Source: a virus (lineage: Duplodnaviria > Caudoviricetes). Taken from it: a stretch of 64,000 bases of DNA. Numbering within the stretch: position 1 is the stretch's first letter; each line of letters begins with the position of its first letter. The position numbers and the translations under genes are program-made. The notes under the pieces were generated by a model. That model ran no database searches. It was given only the letters and a program-made list of their open reading frames with translations, and was not told the DNA's origin. Shown in pieces: positions 29,078 to 39,048 of this stretch. The stretch covers positions 96,001 to 160,000 of IMG/VR virus record IMGVR_UViG_2645727757_000001. One strand, written 5' to 3'.

Positions 29078-29120
29078 AAATGTTACAAATTTAAAGTTTT
29101 CTGGAGTATATAAAGAGGTA
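29078..29120 (+). promoter_or_regulatory. conserved putative phage promoter motif, copy A
   Basis: 37/43 identical to 39049-39091; both lie just upstream of plus-strand genes. Confidence 0.65.
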
Positions 29121-29190
29121 TAGGAGCTAAATATATCAAAACAAAGTTTTGCTATATTAGCAATAATATAAATGCTAGGAGGTATAGCTT

Positions 29191-29457
29191 ATGGCAATTA
29201 AAATGGTAGTTGATGAAATAAGGCGTTTAAGCCAAGAAGAAGGCTTAAACGATTTGGAAATAGCCAAGATACTAGGATGCTCCCAGTCAACTGTGAGCCG
29301 AGCGAGATCTTCTAACAATATACCAAGGTATAATGTTAGAAATCGAAAGGATAAGAGCTATGTATGTCTTTCCTGCAATAAAGAAATCTTTATAGCACGA
29401 AAGGAAAAAGTTAAGCTTTATTGTCCTGAATGTAAAGAAAAAAGGCAGAAAAAATAG
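29191..29457 (+). CDS. HTH + zinc-ribbon DNA-binding protein
   Basis: LNDLEIAKILGCSQSTVSR HTH; CLSC...YCPEC. Confidence 0.8.
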   Translation: MAIKMVVDEIRRLSQEEGLNDLEIAKILGCSQSTVSRARSSNNIPRYNVRNRKDKSYVCLSCNKEIFIARKEKVKLYCPECKEKRQKK

Positions 29458-29473
29458 CTAAAAAAAAAATTTT

Positions 29474-29502
29474 GGCCCCTGGCTAAAAATAGCCAAGGGC
29501 CG
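29474..29502. terminator. intrinsic terminator-like hairpin
   Basis: ggcccctggcta-aaaa-tagccaagggcc between convergent genes. Confidence 0.55.
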
Positions 29503-29697
29503 TGTTATAAAATAAAAAAGGTAAAATAGTAATGTAATATATTTAAAAGAGGAAAGCCGAGTTAAAAACTCGACTACAACTCTACAATAACACTTTTCTA
29601 AGTAGATTCCATAAATATTCTCGAAGTAAATGGAGGAGCCATGAGTAAGGTCCCCAAAAGTATTTTATCTTATTTTTACAATTTTGTAAATAATTTT

Positions 29698-30723
29698 TTA
29701 AGTAATATATTTATTTTTATAAGAGGAATTTTCAACCTTGCTTCTAATTGCATCGCTACAATCAAGTAGAATTTGTATGGCCATCTTGCTATAAATAATA
29801 ACAACAAATGGTTTCTTATAATATGCTTTTATTACATATCTACGCATTAGGTAATCACCTATAAATTCCATTACTATTTTGTCTTTGCATGATATTGTTA
29901 ATCCCATTCTTGTAATATTAGCTGATTTTTCAAAAATCCCTTCAATAAAAGCATCTTGGTACTCTATTGGTATATTTAAGCCTTTGTTCGTAATGAAAGA
30001 TTTAAAATCATTTATCAAATTAACGTCCCTTGATTTCATTAAATATGATGTTTGTCCCGATTTTATAATTGTTGGTTTAATTAAAAATACTTCATCAACA
30101 ATTAACTCTAATAATTCCACTTGCTTTATAGGTAAAGTAAATGTTATTTCATATTTGTTTACAGCTACATTTTTTATATTGTAAGTAGAAAACATTACAC
30201 CTAAAATATAAGCCTTGCTATTGTCAAGTTTATTAAAATATCCTATTTTATAAGGTGCTTTAACTGAATTTAAAAGTGTTCTAATTTTTTTATGATGTAG
30301 TATTCTTTCTACTTTTCTATTACTTAAATTTACCTCTTTAGCTATATCTGGAACTTTTTTACCACCAATATAATCATTAACTATAATATTAACTATATTT
30401 TTATCAAGTTCATCAATAAATAAAAGTTCTTTTTTTCTTGAATTAATTATTGTATTAATAGTTGAATATGATAATCCATATCTTTCTGCTATTTTTCTTG
30501 TTGCACACCCATCTAAATATTCTTTATATATTTTATCTTTTTCCTTTTCGGAAGCTCTTCTAAACTTCCCATTAGCTACTTTATCGCCTAAATTTCTTTT
30601 TATAGTTTCAGCAGAAACCTCATAAAGTTCTCCAATTTCTTTGAGGCTCATTCCAGATTCATACATATTTTTTATAGTTTCTATATCTTCAAATGATATT
30701 TTCCTTTTTCCCATGTTCCTCAC
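29698..30723 (-). CDS. triple-HTH + degenerate LAGLIDADG protein (paralog 4)
   Basis: Three HTH repeats; YFNKLDNSKAYILGVMFST and FIEGIFEKSA in place of the active motifs. Confidence 0.8.
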   Translation of the reverse strand: MRNMGKRKISFEDIETIKNMYESGMSLKEIGELYEVSAETIKRNLGDKVANGKFRRASEKEKDKIYKEYLDGCATRKIAERYGLSYSTINTIINSRKKELLFIDELDKNIVNIIVNDYIGGKKVPDIAKEVNLSNRKVERILHHKKIRTLLNSVKAPYKIGYFNKLDNSKAYILGVMFSTYNIKNVAVNKYEITFTLPIKQVELLELIVDEVFLIKPTIIKSGQTSYLMKSRDVNLINDFKSFITNKGLNIPIEYQDAFIEGIFEKSANITRMGLTISCKDKIVMEFIGDYLMRRYVIKAYYKKPFVVIIYSKMAIQILLDCSDAIRSKVENSSYKNKYIT

Positions 30724-30724
30724 C

Positions 30725-31759
30725 TTATATGTTTAGTTTTTCATAATATTCTCTATAATTACTATTTAAAGCACGATCGATAAGTTCTGGATGCTCTCTT
30801 AATAAGCTTTCTATACTTTTTTTATTTATTACAAGAACACTATTCTTTGTTATAGTACTGTGTATTATTTCTAATTTATCAAAGTAATTTAATATACCAT
30901 TTAAATAATTTTGATCTTTAAATAGTATTCTTATTCCAGGTCTAACGATTCTTAAAGAATACATAAAGTAACCTTTAAAGAATGAATGTAAATATTTTTC
31001 TGGTATATTAATATCACCTTCCATTCCATAACTGATTAGATCATCAAGTATTTCTTTGCTATTAAATTTTGCAATAAAATTATTATCATGGCATTTATGG
31101 ATATTAATAGTTCCTACTGATGTTAATTCATCTAGCAGCTCTCTTACAACAGGAATCATTTCTTTAGTCAATGAAAAACATACACAATGTTTTCTATATG
31201 CATGTTTTGATATGCATGACATAGAAAATATTAATCCCATATTATAAGCTTTTTTATCATCTAAATTTTTAAAATAATCCGCTTTCAATACAACGCCTCG
31301 TGTATTTTCCAAGTTATTATATTGAATTATTTTATGAATAGTGCCATATGCTAATTTATATTTTTTAGCTATTTTTGCAATGGCAAGATTGTTTTTGTAA
31401 TCTTCTTTTATTCCCTCTAATATTTCATTATCTAAATTTGAAATAAATTCTGTGTGATTAGATTTAAATTTAATTGTCTGTACTATTGTTTCCATAGAAG
31501 TGTTATATTCTTTACTTAAATCTTCAACACTTTTTCCAGCTAAATAGTCTTTGTATAATCTATTTTTATCTGATATTGATAAATAATCACACCCTCTTTT
31601 TTTAATTGAGTTATTTATTCCATAGTCTTCTCTTTTTAACCAATAATATATTGTTGTTCTTGTTACATCAAACATATTAGCTATTTCAACTATAGAAAGA
31701 CCACTATCATATAAAGTCTTTATAGTTAATAAATCTTCTTCGTCTATCTTGTTACGCAT
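30725..31759 (-). CDS. triple-HTH + degenerate LAGLIDADG protein (paralog 3)
   Basis: YFKNLDDKKAYNMGLIFSM; IPEKYLHSFFKGYFMYS. Confidence 0.8.
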   Translation of the reverse strand: MRNKIDEEDLLTIKTLYDSGLSIVEIANMFDVTRTTIYYWLKREDYGINNSIKKRGCDYLSISDKNRLYKDYLAGKSVEDLSKEYNTSMETIVQTIKFKSNHTEFISNLDNEILEGIKEDYKNNLAIAKIAKKYKLAYGTIHKIIQYNNLENTRGVVLKADYFKNLDDKKAYNMGLIFSMSCISKHAYRKHCVCFSLTKEMIPVVRELLDELTSVGTINIHKCHDNNFIAKFNSKEILDDLISYGMEGDINIPEKYLHSFFKGYFMYSLRIVRPGIRILFKDQNYLNGILNYFDKLEIIHSTITKNSVLVINKKSIESLLREHPELIDRALNSNYREYYEKLNI

Positions 31760-31780
31760 TCCCTAACCTCTCCCATATTG

Positions 31781-32782
31781 TTAATTGTATAATTTAATAA
31801 AACTCTTAATGTTTTCTTCCCCTTCTATCTTTGCACATTTTGATTTTACTTTTGTTGCAACAATTCCATTTTCAGCTAAGTATTCTAATATAAAATCTTT
31901 TGTACCAGTATTTTTATATTTTATATTTACAACATCTTCTTTAATTTCACATGAATATTCCAAATAACCTTTTACAAATTGTTTTATAAGATTATTTGGA
32001 ATTTTTGGAGTACCTAAAATATCAAATTTATTTATTAAATCATCAATAAATTTTGGACTCCTTACCCTAAGATAACAAGATCTTTTGTTTGCAATAGGCT
32101 TAGGATAAGTAGTTAAATATATAGACTTTCCTATCTCGTCAAGTAAGTAACGGTATTTATTTGATACTGTCAGCACAAGCATACTTTCTTCTTTACCGTA
32201 GTCATTTTGGAATTTAAATGTTGAGTATATAATGCCTAGTATATATGCCTTGTGCTCGTCTAGGTTATCAAAATAATTTTTTACTAACCTATTTTTAGCT
32301 TCTCTTACACCAGTAAAATCTTTAGAGCCAACTTGTACAAGTATAATGTTTAATGTTTCCTCACAAATATTAAATTTTTTAGAAATATCTTTAATTGTTG
32401 CATTATTTTCATAGTCTTTTATAATGTCATCTAATACATCATTATACTTTGTTAGTGTTTTCTCTCTTAAAAATCCCTTATTCTTTCTTGCATATCTATA
32501 TATGCTAGAAATAGGAACATTGTATTTTTTAGACAACCTTTCAAATGGTATACCCTTTAAAAATTCTTTATATATTAATTCATATTTTTCTTTTTCAATC
32601 TTTCTTTGGTTTCTAATAATGTCCTTGTCATATTTTCCAATCCAATACATTATAGTTCTTCTGTCTACCTCGTACATTTTTCCTATTTCAGAAGCACTAA
32701 GACCTTCCTTGTATAGATTAACAATATTAATAGCATCATCTTCTGTTATTTTTCTATTACTTTTCACAATAAAACACCTCAA
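31781..32782 (-). CDS. triple-HTH + degenerate LAGLIDADG protein (paralog 2)
   Basis: YFDNLDEHKAYILGIIYST; FVKGYLEYS. Confidence 0.8.
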   Translation of the reverse strand: MRCFIVKSNRKITEDDAINIVNLYKEGLSASEIGKMYEVDRRTIMYWIGKYDKDIIRNQRKIEKEKYELIYKEFLKGIPFERLSKKYNVPISSIYRYARKNKGFLREKTLTKYNDVLDDIIKDYENNATIKDISKKFNICEETLNIILVQVGSKDFTGVREAKNRLVKNYFDNLDEHKAYILGIIYSTFKFQNDYGKEESMLVLTVSNKYRYLLDEIGKSIYLTTYPKPIANKRSCYLRVRSPKFIDDLINKFDILGTPKIPNNLIKQFVKGYLEYSCEIKEDVVNIKYKNTGTKDFILEYLAENGIVATKVKSKCAKIEGEENIKSFIKLYN

Positions 32783-32793
32783 TTAAATAAAAT

Positions 32794-33828
32794 TTAAGCC
32801 AGTAAATTTTTATAATATTCCTTATCCTCGCCTTTTAGTGCTCTTTCTTTTAGTATCTTAACTTTATTTAATATAAGTCTTCTAGAACCCCTTTTAGATA
32901 TGACAATTGATTTAGCTCTAATTTTGTAATCTTCTATTCCTATACCTGTAAGGTATTTTTTGAAAAATTCTAAATAAATATTATTTTTAACTGATATATA
33001 CACACAGTATCTTTCAATTCTACTTGCATACATACAATATCCATTTACGAAACTATCTAAATATTTTTCTGGTATATTAATACTTGATTCCATTCCGTAT
33101 TTAAGTAAATCTTTACTTATCTTTCCTTTTGGTAGTCTAAATTTATAACCTTTATCCTCTCCACCATTTATTGAAGGTTTACAGTTATTAAAAAGTTCTT
33201 CAACAACCTTTTCTAATAAATACTTATATTTAGCTCCAACGGAAAACATTACTACCTTTTCATTTGAATAATCTGGTGTAAATTTTGCTGTGCTAAAAAT
33301 AATTCCTAAAATTTCTGCTTTATTATTATTTAAAGTTTTAAAATAATCGTGATTAGTAACTAACTTTATAGTTGTCTTTTCTATAAGATTTAGTTCCATA
33401 AGGAAAATTTTTAATATAGGCTTTGATATCCTATATTTTTTAAGCATATCGTTAAATTCAACTTTATTATTAAAATCTTCAACTAGATTATCTTTTATTT
33501 TTTCAAACTTAGCTCTTGATTTTTCACTTATTATACCTAATTTGCAATATAATCTATATGATATTGTTAGCTTACTTAGGCTTGTGCTTCTTTCAATTTC
33601 AGATATACTGTATCCATCTCTGTACAATTCAGCAACTAATTCTTCCTCTTCTTCGATGTTAGTATTAGTATCTTTTAACGGAAAATCAAAATTGTATCTG
33701 TTAACCCAGTATATAATTTTAGATTTTGTGATATCGTACATATCTGCAACTTCTTGTAACGAATATCCGTTTTCCCTAAACTGTTTCATGCACTTTAAAT
33801 CATCAATGTCTATTTTTACATTTCCCAT
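32794..33828 (-). CDS. triple-HTH + degenerate LAGLIDADG protein (paralog 1)
   Basis: NHDYFKTLNNNKAEILGIIFST; IPEKYLDSFVNGYCMYA. Confidence 0.8.
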   Translation of the reverse strand: MGNVKIDIDDLKCMKQFRENGYSLQEVADMYDITKSKIIYWVNRYNFDFPLKDTNTNIEEEEELVAELYRDGYSISEIERSTSLSKLTISYRLYCKLGIISEKSRAKFEKIKDNLVEDFNNKVEFNDMLKKYRISKPILKIFLMELNLIEKTTIKLVTNHDYFKTLNNNKAEILGIIFSTAKFTPDYSNEKVVMFSVGAKYKYLLEKVVEELFNNCKPSINGGEDKGYKFRLPKGKISKDLLKYGMESSINIPEKYLDSFVNGYCMYASRIERYCVYISVKNNIYLEFFKKYLTGIGIEDYKIRAKSIVISKRGSRRLILNKVKILKERALKGEDKEYYKNLLA

Positions 33829-34380
33829 ATCTTTCCTCCCTAAGTATATCTTAAAACAAATATTCCACTGTATAATTTTATATATTTATCCATACAGTTC
33901 TTTTATTCCCATTACATCACAATTTTACAATATGAAAAAAAATAAGGCAAATTATTAAATAAAATAATTTGCCTTGAACTAGGAATACAACTAGGAATGC
34001 ATCATGCACTGTAATATTTTTACAGTAGGTTTTGTATATATATATTAACATTTTATTGAAAAATAGTAAATTATTTTTTTGCATAACCTTTACAACATTT
34101 ATTTCATGTTATAAAATGGAAGTGTAATATTACTTACAGGATTATTTATTGGGTTTTTTATTTTTTTAATGTATAGTGAGCCGATTTGCTTCCTTGTATA
34201 ATCTTTTCGTGATTTTTTTCCCAATAAAATTCTCCTGAAGTAATTCTTTGTGTATTGCATAATAAGTATATACAAAATATAAGCACCATCAGAAACCTAA
34301 TGTTAACGCATTGGGTTTTCTCTATTTAGTAATTAAAATAAAGAAAAAATTATTATAAAAAATGAAAAATTATAATATAC

Positions 34381-34659
34381 AAGCCAATGATGGCAATATA
34401 ATTTTATTAAAAAAACGCAGAAAAATTTTCGACTGCAAAAAATTTAAAAATTCCCATAGGGTGTGACCGCAGGTTGTGCGTACCGATGAGCCGCGGAGTG
34501 CAGGGCCCCGCCCGAAGCGCAGAGCGAAGCGGCGGCGAAGAGGTTAAGCTAAGACCAAGGGAATATCCCGAAGGGGATTTTTAATATTTTTTTGCACAAA
34601 GAAAAATTTAAACTGCGTTTTTTAAAAAATAAAATTATTATAATTGCCATTATTGGCTT
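34381..34659 (+). repeat. GC-rich structured element, copy 2 (ssi/sso-like); core 34457-34572
   Basis: Inverted homolog of 19330-19445; enclosed by nested arms aagccaatgatggcaat/attgccattattggctt, aaaacgcag/ctgcgtttt, tgcaaaaa/tttttgca, aaaattccc/gggattttt. Confidence 0.85.
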
Positions 34660-34677
34660 TTGTTTTTTAAAAAAAAG

Positions 34678-35196
34678 GTGTGGTATCTAGTGAACCTTTT
34701 TACTTATCACATGTGGTATCTAATCAACCTTTTTACTTATATTACCCTGTGTCATTGAGTACGCCAATTTTTAAAAAAATCTTTACAAATGGCTTCGTTG
34801 TCGCATTTGTGATAACTATTAAAGTAGTGGTATCTAATCAACCAGTAATGTAATCTAATACGCTTTTTAAGTTAGATTACAATGGATAGATAATGTAATC
34901 TAATGAGCTATTAGAGTTATTAGATAGTGGTATCTAATGCACCACTTTTTAAAATCAAACCTCTACAAATGGCTTATTCACTAGCATTAGTAAGAATTTT
35001 TATATAAGTAATTACCTGTGTCATTAAGTGAGCTAATATAATGTAATTGAGTAAGCTAATGTATTTTAATGATAATGTAATCGAGTAAGCTAAAATAAAA
35101 TAAAAAGTACTTATAAATGGCTATATTGCTTAATTTACAAGTACTTTTTATATATAAATTAGTAGTGGTATCTAATCAACCACTAATGTAATCGAA
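34678..35196 (+). repeat. dispersed direct repeats between the structured element and repA
   Basis: gtggtatcta(a/g)t x5, taatgtaat(c/t) x5, ctgtgtcatt x2, aaatggct x3. Confidence 0.75.
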
Positions 35197-36372
35197 TCAT
35201 CTTTTATATAATTTACTTGGATCATATTCTTCTTCGCCTAGTGCCATTTGCTCTAGTGCTTCAAAATCATAGTTCCTTTGTTCAAAATCATTAAATCTAT
35301 TATAATTATTATCGCTAATTATATAATTATTATTCCAGTCAACTTCAATAGCTTTTAATAATGCTCCTAGATAGTTTCTATCATCTATCCTTTTGCCACT
35401 AAGATATTTTTTAACTATATTAACCTTTTCTTTTATATAATCAACTACTCCTATTCCATTATCTTCGTTTTCTTTTTTATTTTCTATTGCTGTTAGTGCA
35501 GTTGTAAGTATAGTTTTTGCTTCACCAGCTTTAACTTGAATACCTATTATATTTGAAATCATACTTATTATGTATTCCTCTTCCTGCGTATGTACAACTG
35601 GATGTGTTTCATCGAAAATATCTAATTGTTTGCAATCTTTTTTTCGTATTATATATCTGAATTTAGTAACTTTTCTATTTTTCTTTTCAAGAGGAACATA
35701 TTCTAAGTTTAAGTCAGTATGATTATTAATATCTTTTATTGATGAATCTATAACACTCCTTTTAAAATCAGCAAAAGTTTTATATTCTCCATCACGTAAA
35801 TCCAATTTGAATCTATAATCATCTACATAAAAATCTCTATATCCATATTTAAGATATTGCTTACATAATTCATAAGTTCTAAAAGAATGTTTTCTCTTTA
35901 TCTTGTTAGCAAAATCATCAAAAATCATCTTTGTATATTCTGATTTAAAAACTAGCAAATCAGCAATAAGGTCAGGATGGAATTGTAACGCAATACTTTT
36001 TTTATCGTTATTATATCTGCAAGTTATAACCCATCTTTTTCTTGATACATCTAAATTTTCATTAACATAAATTATTTCTGAATCATACAGCTCTGTTGCT
36101 ATTTTTTCAAGTTCTTTATAAACATTATTGCTTTTTATATTAAATTTATTTTTGTAAGTTGCAACATCAATTTCTATAAGATCAAAAGTACTATGATTTA
36201 TCATATCCTCAACTTTTTTAATGTTTAAATTCCTATCAAGTATTATTCTTTCTAGTTTTGTCATAGCAAGATATAAAATTCTATTTTGAGCTGTAGTTAA
36301 GTTATAACATGATTCTATAAGCCTATTAGATTTATATATTGCATTGGAATAATTAAAGCTAAGTTTATCCAT
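35197..36372 (-). CDS. repA: Rep_3 (RepB/RepA) plasmid replication initiator
   Basis: KSNRLIES.YNLT..QNRIL...F.PDL...L...YT...SFRTYELCKQY...Y..F.DFKR.VI..SIKDIN.HTDL; C-terminal FNDFEQRNYDF..LE. Confidence 0.9.
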   Translation of the reverse strand: MDKLSFNYSNAIYKSNRLIESCYNLTTAQNRILYLAMTKLERIILDRNLNIKKVEDMINHSTFDLIEIDVATYKNKFNIKSNNVYKELEKIATELYDSEIIYVNENLDVSRKRWVITCRYNNDKKSIALQFHPDLIADLLVFKSEYTKMIFDDFANKIKRKHSFRTYELCKQYLKYGYRDFYVDDYRFKLDLRDGEYKTFADFKRSVIDSSIKDINNHTDLNLEYVPLEKKNRKVTKFRYIIRKKDCKQLDIFDETHPVVHTQEEEYIISMISNIIGIQVKAGEAKTILTTALTAIENKKENEDNGIGVVDYIKEKVNIVKKYLSGKRIDDRNYLGALLKAIEVDWNNNYIISDNNYNRFNDFEQRNYDFEALEQMALGEEEYDPSKLYKR

Positions 36373-36460
36373 GATTGCATATCACCTCTTATGTATTTTC
36401 AAAATGTTATCTCTTAGTTATAGAGAAATTATAGAACATATTTTAATAAAACGTAAGGGG

Positions 36461-37352
36461 ATTTTCCCAAAACATTCTTACAACTTTACCAAAATGCTCT
36501 TATAAAAAATACAATAAAACAATACATTTTCCCAAAATACTCGTACAACTCTCCCAAAATACTCTCTTAAATTTATTACAAATCAATATATTTTCCCAAA
36601 ACACTCTTATAAAAAATTATAAAATTTTGTAAAAAATCAATACATTTTCCCAAAATGCTCGTATAACTTTCCCAAAACGCTCTTACTAAAATTGCATTGA
36701 AATTTTTTACATTTCCCCAAAATGCTCGTACAACTTTCCCAAAACGCTCGTACAACTCTCCCAAAATGCTCTTACTAATTAGCAAAAATTCTAATAAAAA
36801 TCATTAAAAAAATACCTTATATAAATCCCTTAAAGCATTGATATAACTAGGTTTATAGGGTATTGTAAATATATGTAAAATAATCACTATATATAATTAT
36901 ATATATACTCTATTTAAATAAAAATAAAAGTAAATATAAATATTATTATATATAGATATATACTATAAATTTTAATAATAAATATATATAAATAGATAAA
37001 TAATATATATATAAATAATATTTAAATATATTATATATATATTTAATAATAATATATATTAATATATATAAATATATATTAATTATTATATTATTATATT
37101 ATATTATATTATTAATTATTATATTATTATATTATATTATATTATTAATTATTATATTAAATTTAATTATATGTTATATAGCAAATAAGAGTGTTTTGGG
37201 AAAACGACACTTAAAGTACGAGCGTTTTGGGAAAATTAATTATAAGTACGACTGTTTTGGGAAAACAAAAACTAAAAGAGAGTGTTTTGGGAAAATGAAA
37301 CACAAATACGAGCGTTTTGGGAAAATAAAATCTTAAAGAGAGCGTTTTGGGA
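36461..37352. repeat. iteron origin: ~10 direct iterons (36461-36775), AT-rich unwinding tract (~36890-37180), 6 inverted iterons with ~30-nt period (37186-37352)
   Basis: Unit tttcccaaaa(c/t)(g/a)ctc(g/t)ta and its reverse complement, directly upstream of repA. Confidence 0.9.
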
Positions 37353-38074
37353 ATGCATATATAAACTATAAAAATAAAACTACATCGCAGAAAGCTTTAA
37401 AATGCGTTTATAGAGGTTTTAAGTTTAATTAGACTAATTGCTCTAAATATATATTTAAAAGCTATTACAAGCTAATTTTGAGCCATATAGAACTATACAC
37501 ATAAGATAGCTTGTATATGTATTTAAATTATTATAGTGAAATATATATATTGCATAAAGAATTTGCATGATAGGTTTACAAAGCTCAAAATTGCGTTCTA
37601 AGGCTATTTAAATTTTAGACATAAAAAACTACACCAACATATCTACTCAACGCTTAGAAGTCAAAAATAAGCGTTCTATAGGTAATGCTGGTGTTTCTTT
37701 CAGTAATAATTCAATAAGGCATTATATCTTTCGATATTATGTTATGCAGATAAGATGTTTTTATGTATGGAATTTTTGAGAAATGAATTATAGACAATAA
37801 AAAAGCAAAATGCTATTATAGTAAGTAATACAACGTTATCACTATAAAGTTCCAAAAAAGTAGAAAACCACTTCTGCAAAAGTGGTTTCGAGATAAAAAA
37901 TTAAATTTAGTTGTAATGTTGTCATAACTATTGACATATGTATAAAGTTTTTTAAAAAAATTAAAAATCGTTTCTTTATTCTTAATTCTATAATGACTTT
38001 TTTACGATGTCAATATTTTGTCGAAAAATAAAATAAATAATTGATGGAGGAAGAAGTTATGGGGGAATTAAGGG

Positions 38075-38527
38075 ATGGACGAAAAATTATTTAATGAGAA
38101 ATTCAAAGAAGTAAAAGAATCCTTGGTTGTTGATACTAACGAGCATCCATTTTATATGCTTAATGTAAAGTTCTTTAGAAATACAGAGGATTATTCTCTG
38201 TATGAAAGATTAGTTTACATTGATCTTGCTTGTTACGCTGGTCAAAAGAAAAATACAGCATATCCAAGTACATCAACAATAGCAAAGAATTTAGGTATTA
38301 GCAGAAGAACTGTTTTTAACACATTAAAATCATTAGAAGAAAAAGGAGCTATATTAACAATCAATAGAATATGGGAAAATAAATCTAAAACATCAAATAT
38401 GTATGTATTAGCATCTATTGATTTAAATACAGGAAAGATTATTAAGGAATCCTTAGAGCCTTTTATAAAATTCAAAAAAGAAGTAATCAAAAGAGGTGCT
38501 GTTAAAGTATCTAAAGATAAAAAATAA
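38075..38527 (+). CDS. winged-HTH (HTH_36-type) phage replication initiator/organizer
   Basis: LVYIDLACYA...AYPSTSTIAKNLGISRRTVFNTLKSLEEKG...TSNMY. Confidence 0.8.
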   Translation: MDEKLFNEKFKEVKESLVVDTNEHPFYMLNVKFFRNTEDYSLYERLVYIDLACYAGQKKNTAYPSTSTIAKNLGISRRTVFNTLKSLEEKGAILTINRIWENKSKTSNMYVLASIDLNTGKIIKESLEPFIKFKKEVIKRGAVKVSKDKK

Positions 38528-38573
38528 ATTTATGATAAGTCGATTTTATATCGGCTTATTTTTTTTGGAAAAG

Positions 38574-39030
38574 TTATCCACAGGTAGTATATATAGAATA
38601 GAATAGAAGTTTAGTTCAGTTAATCTATTCTCTATTTATTATTATTCTCTAATTATTATATATTCTATATATTATTATAATTCTCTATTTATTATTATTC
38701 TAGATGTGCATTTGGTGCATATACCCCATATGCATTCTGTGCATATACCCCATGTGCATCTGGTGCATATACCCCATGTGCATCCTGTGCATATACCCTA
38801 TGTGCACCTGGTGCATATGGTACGATACCAATTAAGCTAATGTAGTTGTGGATAACTATTCTTAAATTCCATACTATACAGCTTGTACAAATACTTTCAT
38901 ATATGTTAACAACCTGTTAGTAATATGTGGAAATAATGTGGAAAATATGTGGAAAACTTGTACAAGCCATCACATCAAAATTTCTTTTAATATCTTAAAA
39001 TAAATAATCCAATGGATAATTGTGGATTAT
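38574..39030. repeat. second origin-like region: five tandem 24-bp iterons (38704-38818) with DnaA boxes
   Basis: Unit at(g/a)tgcaNNNgtgcatatacccc; perfect DnaA boxes TTATCCACA 38574-38582 and TGTGGATAA 38847-38855; near-boxes at ~38926-39029; AT-rich spacer 38590-38700. Confidence 0.8.
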
Positions 39031-39048
39031 TCCTAAAACATTCTACTA

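Noticed and set aside
29698-33828. Introns or inteins hosting the four LAGLIDADG ORFs
   Set aside because: Genes abut one another with no group I P/Q/R/S elements and no intein C...HN termini
36576-36785. 69-aa ORF with RAFW/SILG repeats
   Set aside because: Translation artefact of the iteron array
37186-37352. Regularly spaced repeats that look like a mini-CRISPR array
   Set aside because: Period is only ~30 nt with ~11-nt gaps, the units are reverse complements of the Rep iterons, and no cas genes are present
38704-38818. 24-bp tandem repeats as CRISPR
   Set aside because: No spacers; flanked by DnaA boxes and an initiator gene, so iterons fit better
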